Translations under genes and position numbers: made by a program
The notes under the pieces: model-generated
Told to the model about the DNA's origin: nothing
The model's input: the letters and a program-made list of their open reading frames with translations, nothing else
Databases searched by the model: none
Shown here: positions 56,226 through 64,000 of the stretch, one piece after another
How positions within the stretch are numbered: the first letter of the stretch is position 1
Layout: every line of letters begins with the position of its first letter
Source: an uncultured Gemmatimonadaceae bacterium
GTDB taxonomy: Bacteria; Gemmatimonadota; Gemmatimonadetes; Gemmatimonadales; Gemmatimonadaceae
Assembly: GCA_963790305.1 (NCBI GenBank)
Contig: CAWBOC010000010.1
Location: forward strand, 32,001-96,000
Reading direction: 5' to 3'
Length of the DNA: 64,000 nt

Positions 56226-56387
56226 GCGGGGAGAGTACCGTCGCGAGAGAGAGTGTCAAGTGTGCGAGTCGGGCCGTGCAGCGCGTAGTTTCCCTGCTCA
56301 CCGTAGCCCGAGCGCCCGTCGCCTTCCGATTGTTGACGCTCCCCGTACCCAGCCGTATGCTGCCCCACCTTCACGCGGAGAACCGGA

Positions 56388-57290
56388 GTGCATTCCCTCG
56401 TCTGTCGCAGAGCGCTCGCGATCGGCTCGATGGTGCGTCGTTCAGGTCGCAACGGCGTGGGCGCAGGAGCGCGTGCGTGAGCGGCACGACTTCGACGACC
56501 CCGAAGGCCGGTTGATCGGCTACTACTCGGCGGCGTTGTTCTACTCTCCCCTCGGTGCGCCGGAGCGCGCGAAGACGTGGGCACTCGATGCCGGGCCTCG
56601 AGATCACCTACATCCCGCAGCTTTCCAAGTCGCAGCGCACGGCGTTCCAGGACAAGCCGGAAGCGACGAATCTGGCGCCGATCCTCCCCCGGCCCGCGTG
56701 TCGCGTTCGTGCTCCCGGGCGCACTGCACGCGCAGCTGAGCTGGGTGCCGCCAATGCGCGTGTTCGATGTCGAGGCAAATCTCATGTCCATTGCGGTGAC
56801 GCGCGCGTTCGAGCCGGGCGGCATCACCATCGCGCCGAGGTTCGTCGCCACCTGGGGGAAGGTGCGCGGATCGATCACCTGCTTCGAGGACCTGATCCGC
56901 GGCACCGAGAATGAAGCGGTGTATTACACGCAGATCTGCAACAGCCGCAAGAGCGACGACCACTTCAAGCCGCAGCACTTCGCGCTCGAGGTCCTCGCCT
57001 CGCGCGCGGTCGCTGCGACTTCCATTTCTCCCGTACGGCGGGGATCGGCGTGCTGCGCGAAAAGACGATCTTCGACATTGGGGTTCTGCGCAACGGATGG
57101 CTCGCGCGATCCCGATCACCCGATCCTCGAGCTGCGCGCGACCCGGCCGTACGGGTTCGTCGGCGGCACGGTGAACGCGTGGCGATCCACGCGGTTCACC
57201 GGCGAGCTCTTCTACGCGCCGGGCAGTCTGTTCACCGCTCGCGTGTTCGCGGGGATTCACCTTCACCGGGAGACGGGCGATGCGCGCTGA
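56388..57290 (+). CDS. Secreted, probable outer-membrane hypothetical protein, several apparent frameshifts
   Basis: Pieces join as ..TAWAQ..RLIGYYSAAL..LEITYIP.L..KPEATNLAPILPRPRVAF..LSWVPP..GELFYAPGSLFTAR; GGAGA RBS. Confidence 0.65.
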
Positions 57291-57767
57291 GCCTCGCAGG
57301 ACGACGCCGGCGCACGCGCTGATGCGAGTGGTGACAGCCGGGGTCGGTAACGGCGATCACCCTCGCGTGGGGGTGCGCGGACTTCGAGTCGACCGTCGAT
57401 CCAACGGGAGGGTTGCCCAACGTGGAGATCGCGAACCCGTCGTTTGCCACCGACATCCAGCCGATCTTCACCAGGCGCTGCGCGATCGGTGGCTGCCATA
57501 GCCTCAACTCGGCCCGTGCGGAGATGGTGCTGGTCGCCGGCCACGCCTACGACTCGATCGTGAACAAGCCCTCGTTCCTCAACCCTGCGCTGGACCGGGT
57601 CGAGCCTGGCGATGCGGCGAACTCCTGGCTGGTGCGCATGATCGAAGACGATGAGAATCGCGCGCCTGCAGTACTTCGCGCGGATGCCGCTCGGCGGTCA
57701 GCCGTTGACGCCCAACCAGATCGCGACGATCGTGAACTGGGTGGAGAATGGTGCGTTGCGGAATTGA
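57280..57767 (+). CDS. Probable lipoprotein c-type cytochrome-like domain with a CX4CH motif, apparent frameshifts
   Basis: PSFATDIQPIFTRRCAIGGCH...RVEPGD..NSWL...RMPLGG.PL...QI..I..WV..GA. Confidence 0.7.
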
Positions 57768-57800
57768 GTTCGGCGTATCCGTGGCAAACGTCCGTTGATA

Positions 57801-58338
57801 TTGAAGGTTTCTGCGGCCATTTCCGGCCATGCGCGGTTCCGCCGTTCAGCGCTCGCGTTGACGCTGGCGGCGGCGCTCCTCGCATGTGGCGAAGAGCGGT
57901 CGGCAGACACGACGGCGCAAGCGAGCTCGGCGGCCGGAGATTCAGCGGAAGCGCAGACGCCTCTGGCGGCTGCGCGAGGACGAGCCCAAACAATGGACGC
58001 AGCGTGAAGTCGCGAGGCGACTCACCGATGGCGGGCTCGTGGTCACCGATTCCGGTCGCGCGAGCGTGCGGCATTCCTTCCTCGCCGTGGAAGGCCACCA
58101 CATGAAGGTCAGTGGCTCCGACCTTCACGTCTTCATTTATCCGGATCCCCGTACCCGAAAGGCTGACAGCGACCGAATCGATCCCGAGCGCGTCGCGCCG
58201 CCCGACATGATCATCGACTGGGTGGCGACCCCGCATCTCATCGCGTCGGGTAATCTGCTGGCGATTCACCTCACGCCCAACGAGCGGATGGCGGAGCGCG
58301 TGCGACTCATTCTCGAGGCCTGGCACGCCGAGCCCTAA
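57801..58338 (+). CDS. Hypothetical lipoprotein, apparent frameshift at ~57970
   Basis: LLAC lipobox, then WT..EVARRL..GGL...LHVFIYPD...PHLIASGNLLAI. Confidence 0.65.
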
Positions 58339-58360
58339 CGGGATGTCTCTCCTGGATGCA

Positions 58361-58390
58361 CAACGGGCCAGGCTTTCGCCTGGCCCGTTG
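58361..58390 (-). terminator. Terminator hairpin downstream of the pilin gene
   Basis: CAACGGGCCAGGC TTTC GCCTGGCCCGTTG (GAAA loop on the minus strand). Confidence 0.85.
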
Positions 58391-58419
58391 CCATAGTGGT
58401 CGAACTTCGACGCACTACA

Positions 58420-58788
58420 TTAGGTGCAGATAATCACACCATCGGTGGCCGAACCGTCGCCAACCGTCACCGCGCACGTACGCGGGGTCTGGTTGTGCGA
58501 AGCGTTCGCCGAGTAACCAGCGGCCGGCGGAGGAGCCGGGGTCGCCGTAACCGTCACACCCTGCGACGACGTGAAGTTCACCGCCGCGGCCGAACCGAAC
58601 GCCTGGAAGTCAGCAAAGTAGCCTTCCTCGGCAGTCATCAGGTTGCGGAGGTCGCTCTTCATCGCCGCAACGTACGCCTTCTCCTTCGTGTTCGCGAACT
58701 TGGGGATCGCGATCGCCGCGAGAATGCCGATGATAACGACTACGATCAGCAGCTCGATCAGCGTGAAGCCCTTCCGATTGCTACGCAT
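58420..58788 (-). CDS. pilA: Type IV major pilin
   Basis: MRSNRKG/FTLIELLIVVVIIGILAAIAIP; C-terminal Cys pair; GGAAGGA RBS. Confidence 0.93.
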   Translation of the reverse strand: MRSNRKGFTLIELLIVVVIIGILAAIAIPKFANTKEKAYVAAMKSDLRNLMTAEEGYFADFQAFGSAAAVNFTSSQGVTVTATPAPPPAAGYSANASHNQTPRTCAVTVGDGSATDGVIICT

Positions 58789-58850
58789 TGTGTCCTTCCT
58801 CCGGTACGAGTCGGCGCGAGCATATGTGCACCGCGCTCGGCCGCTGATAA

Positions 58851-58866
58851 AGCAGGGGCGGTGCCA
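58851..58866 (-). promoter_or_regulatory. Sigma54 (-24/-12) promoter of the pilin gene
   Basis: Minus strand TGGCACCGCCCCTGCT has exact GG-N10-GC spacing. Confidence 0.8.
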
Positions 58867-58880
58867 TGTGAGACCCCTGC

Positions 58881-58966
58881 GCTAAGCACTGGATGGACGA
58901 ACACTTAGCATTCTGAGTCACAGCTAATGGCATCGAATCGCATTGCGTTTCGCCAAAGCGATGCGA
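58881..58966. promoter_or_regulatory. Candidate DNA-bending site and upstream activator site for the sigma54 promoter
   Basis: GCTAAG-N17-CTTAGC (58881-58909) and TCGCAT-N17-ATGCGA (58938-58966). Confidence 0.5.
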
Positions 58967-59045
58967 AATGCAAGGGGACCTGGCGCCGGTCACGATGCCC
59001 GCCTCGTCTTTACATTGCGAGGAACTTGCCCCCTTTTACGTAGCA

Positions 59046-60621
59046 ATGCCCGCTCCTGACAGCCGCCGATTCTCCGCGTCGTCTCCACCGTTCGATCCCG
59101 AAGGCGCGCTGGACGCGCTCGACGAGCCTCTCTGTGTCGTGTCGACCGCGTGGCGATTGGTGTACATGAACCGAGCGTTCGCCGAGCTCGCGATTCAGGG
59201 GGGCGAAGTCGCCCTGTCGAAAGATCTTCGGGAGATCTTCACCGCGCTCAGCACACGCGATGACTGTGATCTCGCGACCCTCGACAGCGACGCGAAGCGC
59301 CAGTGGCGCATTCCCGCGTTTGGCAGGCCTCCGCGCGCACTCGATCTCAGGGCCACGCGCTTGCGCGACGACGCCGTTCTGCTGCACGTGCGCGACCTGG
59401 GCGACGCTGACGCGATCGAGCGCGCGCTCGCCGAACGGGATGAGGAGAACGCCGCGATGCGCGCAGGTCACTATCGCGCTCGCGCGCGAGGCCGACCTCG
59501 ACTCCCTGCTGCGCGTGATCTGCGAGCAGGCATCGGCGCAGTGCGACGCGAGTGGGGCGACCGTCGTGCGATTGGTCGGAGATCGTGGCGACATCGTGAG
59601 CGCGAGCGGATCGCTCGAGGCCATGGTTGGTACCTTGTTCTCGCTCGCGGGCTCACTCACGCAGCGTGCGATCGACGAGCGACGCCCCGTTCGTGCCGAC
59701 GATTATCGCAGCGAGCATCCCCGGTTTCGCCAGGTCGCCGAGGAGTTCGAGATCGGTCCGGCGCTCTTCGCGCCACTCCTCGCGCATGACCACATGCTCG
59801 GGGCGATGACCGTCGCGCGTCGTCGCGGCGCCGCAGCCTTCTCGACGCGCGACGAGCGCCGCATCTCCGCGATCGCCGATTACGCGGCGCTGGCCTTGTG
59901 GAAGGCGCACCTCACCGACGAGGCGCGCGTGGCGAACAAGGTGAAGGGGGAATTCATCGCCACCATGTCGCACGAGCTGCGGACGCCGCTCACCGCCCTG
60001 CTCGGCTATGAGGAGCTGTTCGCCGAGCATATCCTCGGCCCGCTCACCGATCAGCAGGAAGTCGCCGTCGATCGAATGCGCACGAGCACGCAGCACCTAC
60101 AGGCCATCATCGATGAGGTGCTGACCTTCTCGCGGCTCGAGGCCGGCGAGGAGCGTGTGCACCGTCGTCAGGTGCCCGTTGGCGACATCCTCAATGGCAC
60201 CATGGCGGTCCTCGCGCCACTCGCGCACGCGAAGCGCATCGCGTTGTCGATGGACGCCGCCGAGGAGCCGCAGGTCATCCGCACCGACCCGGACATGATC
60301 CGGCGCATCCTGGTCAACCTGGGTGGCAATGCGGTGAAGTTCACCGAGCAGGGGTCGGTGCGTGTGAACGTGAGGCTCGAGGGTGAGTGGCTCGTGTTCG
60401 AGGTCTCCGACACGGGCATCGGCATCGCGACCGCGGATATCACACGTCTCTTTCAACCCTTCACGCAGCTGGATACCGGCTTCACGCGCCGCTTCGGAGG
60501 GACGGGGCTGGGGCTCTTCGTCTCCCGTCGTCTCGCGGAGCTGCTCGGGGGAGATATCGGCGTGGCGAGCGTCCCGGGTACCGGCAGCACGTTTACGCTG
60601 CGGGTACCCCTGGAGGAGTAG
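59046..60621 (+). CDS. PAS-GAF sensor histidine kinase, apparent frameshift at ~59460
   Basis: WRLVYMNRAF (PAS); GAF APLL...[35 protein letters not shown]. Confidence 0.88.
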
Positions 60622-60623
60622 CG

Positions 60624-60672
60624 CTGCGGGCTGCGAACTGCGAAGTCTCCCCGCCGTGTTCGCAGCTCGCAG
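60624..60672. repeat. Family D element
   Basis: CTGCGGGCTGCGAACTGCGAA ... TTCGCAGCTCGCAG starting 2 nt after the stop. Confidence 0.82.
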
Positions 60673-60712
60673 TAGCTTCCGACCCTCTTTCCCCGCGCGT
60701 TAGATTACCCGC

Positions 60713-63483
60713 ATGTCCCCCATCACGGGCGCGTTCAACGACGCCTTCATCGCGGAGATGTACGAGCGCTTTCGGCAGAATCCCGAAAGCGTCAATGCGT
60801 CGTGGCGGCAGTTCTTCGGGTTTGCGCAGTCGCTTGCGGGAACTGCGCCAGGCGCGACCGATGAGTCGCTGCTGCGCAAGGTCGCCGCGGCTGCCGCACT
60901 CGTCGAAGACATCCGTCACTACGGACACCTCGCCGTCCGGCTCGATCCGCTCGGTACGCCGCCCGCGGGTGCACAGGAGCTGACGCCGGAGTATCCACGG
61001 CCTTACCGCAAGCGATCTCGATCGCATCCCCGGGTCCGCGCTCGGCTTCAGCGACGCGACGGCCGCGGACGTCGTGAAGCGCTTGCGCAGCATCTACGCC
61101 TCGACCATTGGCTTCGACCTCGAGCACATCGAGGAAGAGGCGGAGCGCGACTGGTTTCGCAAAGTCCTCGAAGGAGGCGATGCACGCCTCACCCTGACAC
61201 CCGACGAGAAGAAGATCGTCCTCGGTCGGCTCACCGAGGTGGATTCACTCGAGCGGTTCCTCGCGCGCGCGTACGTCGGCAAGAAGCGCTTTTCCATTGA
61301 AGGCACCGACGCGCTCGTGCCCATGCTGGACGCGGCCATCGAGCGCGCCGCGGTCTCGGGCGCTCGTCACGCGGTCATTGGGATGGCGCACCGGGGGCGG
61401 CTCAACGTGCTCGCGCACATCCTGAACAAGCCGTACGCCAGGATCTTCGAGGAGTTCGAGGAGAAGCACGCCAAGTCGGACGCGGTCGATACCGGAGATG
61501 TGAAGTACCATCTCGGGGCCTCGACGACGCGGACTCTCCCGAGCGGCAAAGTCGTCGAGCTCGAGCTCGTGCCGAACCCGAGCCATCTCGAGTTCGTGAA
61601 TCCCGTCCTGGAGGGCGTCGCGCGAGCGCTTCAGCGGACGAACGGCGCGCGCGACGAATCGAGTGTGCTTCCGGTCGTCGTGCACGGGGACGCCGCCTTT
61701 CCGGCCGAAGGCGTGGTTGCCGAGACGCTCAATCTCTCGCGCTTGCGCGGATACCGTGTCGGCGGCACGCTGCACATCATCGTCAACAATCAGGTCGGCT
61801 TCACGACCGATCCGCAGGACGCGCGTTCGACCTACTACTCGAGCGATCTCGCGAAGGGCTTCGAGATTCCGATTTTCCACGTCAATGCGGACGACGCCGA
61901 AGCCTGTGTCGCCGCCGTGTGGCTGGCCATCTCGTACCGCAGCCGGTTCGCAAAGGACGTCCTGATCGATCTGGTTGGATACCGGCGTCACGGGCACAAC
62001 GAGGGTGACGAGCCGGCGTACACGCAGCCGAAGCTCTACGACCGTATCAAGGCCCACGCGACTCCTCGGGAAGTCTGGGCGCAGCGTCTCATCGCGGAAG
62101 GAATCGTCACCGACGAAGAGTCGAAGCGCCTCGCCGACGAGATGATGCGCAAGCTCGACTCGATCCACACCGGGCTCAAGAGCGGCGGTCCCCAGGCGCC
62201 TGCGCAGGAGTCGGAGAAAACGGGCCGGGCTTCCAGGCCCAGGCAGCTCAGCACCTCCGTGAAGGCGGAGACCCTCATCGCCGTGAACGAGCGCCTGCTT
62301 GCGTGGCCATCCGACTTCGTGCCGAACCCGAAGCTGGTCAAGCCGCTCGAGCGTCGCCGCGCCGCCATTGGCGATGAGGGCGGTATCGACTGGGGCCACG
62401 CCGAGGCGCTGGCCTTCGGGTCGCTGCTGCTCGAGGGAACCAGCGTCCGCCTAACGGGGCAGGACACGGCGCGCGGCACCTTCTCGCATCGGCACGCCGT
62501 CCTGCACGACGTCAAGACCGGCGCCGAGTTTATCCCGTTGCAGCATCTCCCGTCGGCGAAAGGCGCGTTCGAGATCTACAACTCGCCTCTCTCGGAGACC
62601 GCCGTTCTCGCGTTCGAGTACGGCTACTCCACCGCCGCGCCCGAATGCGCTCGTGCTGTGGGAAGCGCAGTTCGGCGACTTCGCGAACGTGGCCCAGCCG
62701 ATCATCGATCAGTTCATGGCCGCCGATCGCGCCAAGTGGGGACAGGACTCGAGCGTCGTGATGCTCCTGCCGCACGGGTACGAGGGGCAAGGGCCCGAGC
62801 ACTCGAGCGCCCGCCTCGAGCGCTTTCTCCAGCTGGCGGCCGAAGGAAACCTGCGCGTCGCATATCCGACGACGCCGGGGCAATACTTCCACATCCTGCG
62901 GCGGCAGGCGCAAGTCGAGCCGGGGCGCCCGTTGATTCTCATGCAGCCGAAGAGTCTGCTTCGCCTGCCCGAGGCGGCATCGCGCCTCACTGATCTTGCG
63001 ACCGGGTCGTTCCAGCCGGTGCTCGATGACCCAGCCCGCTCCCCCGTCCCGCGAGAGGTGAAGCGCCTCGTGCTGTGCTCGGGGAAGCTCTACTACGATC
63101 TCGCCGCGGCACGCGCGAACGGCAGCGCGGCGAAGCATGCGGCGGTCGTCCGCGTCGAAGAGCTGTATCCGTGGCCGCACGAAGAGATCGCGCGCATCAT
63201 CGATCGCTACGGCGGAATCGAGGAAGTGGTGTGGGCGCAGGAGGAGCCGAGGAACATGGGCGCCTGGTCGTTCGTGTGGCCGCGTCTCCGCGCGTCGACC
63301 GGAAACGCCATCCCGATTCGGTACATCGGGCGCCCGGAGCGGGCGAGCCCGGCCGAGGGATATCACACTGCCCATGCGGAGCAGCAGGCTCGGATCGTGA
63401 CCGAGGTCCTCGCGCCGTCGAGCGGCGGACGCGAAGCGAGTACTGGCTCGACACGAGCAAAGAAGGAAGCCGGCCGCGGGTGA
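60713..63483 (+). CDS. sucA: 2-oxoglutarate dehydrogenase E1, apparent frameshifts (~60995, ~62645)
   Basis: [78 protein letters not shown]. Confidence 0.97.
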
Positions 63484-64000
63484 GACACGCGCGACGCCTC
63501 GGAGCCACGCTCTTCCTGCTCTGGTCGTCAGCGGCTCTCGCCCAGGAGCGCGGCTCCGCTGCGCTTGGCGAGCTGGTGGACGGTCTGGGTGTGAGCGCGC
63601 GCGTCCTGCTGATTGCCGCGCACCCCGACGATGAAGACACGGCGCTCCTCGCCTGGCTCGTCCATCGTCAGCACGCCGACGCCGCCTACCTCTCACTGAC
63701 ACGCGGCGATGGCGGACAGAACCTCATCGGCGACGAGCTCGGCGAGGCGTTAGGCGTCATCCGCACCGAGGAGCTGCTGGCCGCACGCCGCCTCGATGGC
63801 GCCACGCAGTATTTCACGCGCGCCTACGACTTCGGGTTCTCCAAGAGTGCGGACGAGACCTACACGCACTGGCCGAAGGACTCGGTGCTTCGCGACGTCG
63901 TGACGGTGATGCGGGCATACCGTCCGCACATCGTCGTCGCAATCTTCAGCGGGACACCGCGCGACGGGCATGGACACCACCAGGTGTCCGGCATCCTCGC
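63480..64000 (+). CDS. PIG-L (LmbE-like) family deacetylase, secreted, runs off the window
   Basis: Manual translation: [43 protein letters not shown]. Confidence 0.9.
   Translation, partial: MRHARRLGATLFLLWSSAALAQERGSAALGELVDGLGVSARVLLIAAHPDDEDTALLAWLVHRQHADAAYLSLTRGDGGQNLIGDELGEALGVIRTEELLAARRLDGATQYFTRAYDFGFSKSADETYTHWPKDSVLRDVVTVMRAYRPHIVVAIFSGTPRDGHGHHQVSGIL

Noticed and set aside
60713..63483. sucA, pntA, cgs and the hybrid kinase as pseudogenes or programmed frameshifts
   Set aside because: All motifs are intact, breaks are single-base and clustered, and no slippery-site pattern was seen; sequencing error is more parsimonious

Overview
High-GC bacterial chromosomal DNA with about 50 genes; no rRNA, tRNA, CRISPR array, transposase or phage gene was seen. 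Gene content (DUF5916, DUF2911, DUF4097, Ig-like lipoprotein, secreted amidohydrolases, DLRNL-type pilin) suggests Gemmatimonadota, which is inference only. The window encodes secreted peptidases and hydrolases, a two-component system with a receiver-less paralog, a ~2,900-aa cyclic beta-1,2-glucan synthase, CDGSH and SufE proteins, a TetR-HlyD-ABC exporter, OsmC, UdgX and AlkA, a poly-HAMP hybrid kinase operon with CheR and CheB but no chemoreceptor, a porin + blue-copper protein + receptor-type Ser/Thr kinase trio, a TsdA-like cytochrome with a Tat partner, pntAAB, a sigma54-driven type IV pilin, sucA and a PIG-L deacetylase. Many genes, including sucA and pntA, carry single-base frameshifts that look like long-read indel errors rather than pseudogenes. 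The strongest unexplained signal is about 20 small elements from at least five unrelated 7- or 9-nt unit families. Most share one architecture: a purine-rich tandem arm, a short spacer, then the reverse-complement tandem arm. They abut stop codons, fill most convergent gene junctions, and in several places lie inside coding sequence. Start codons and element boundaries were read by eye and may be off by a few bases.
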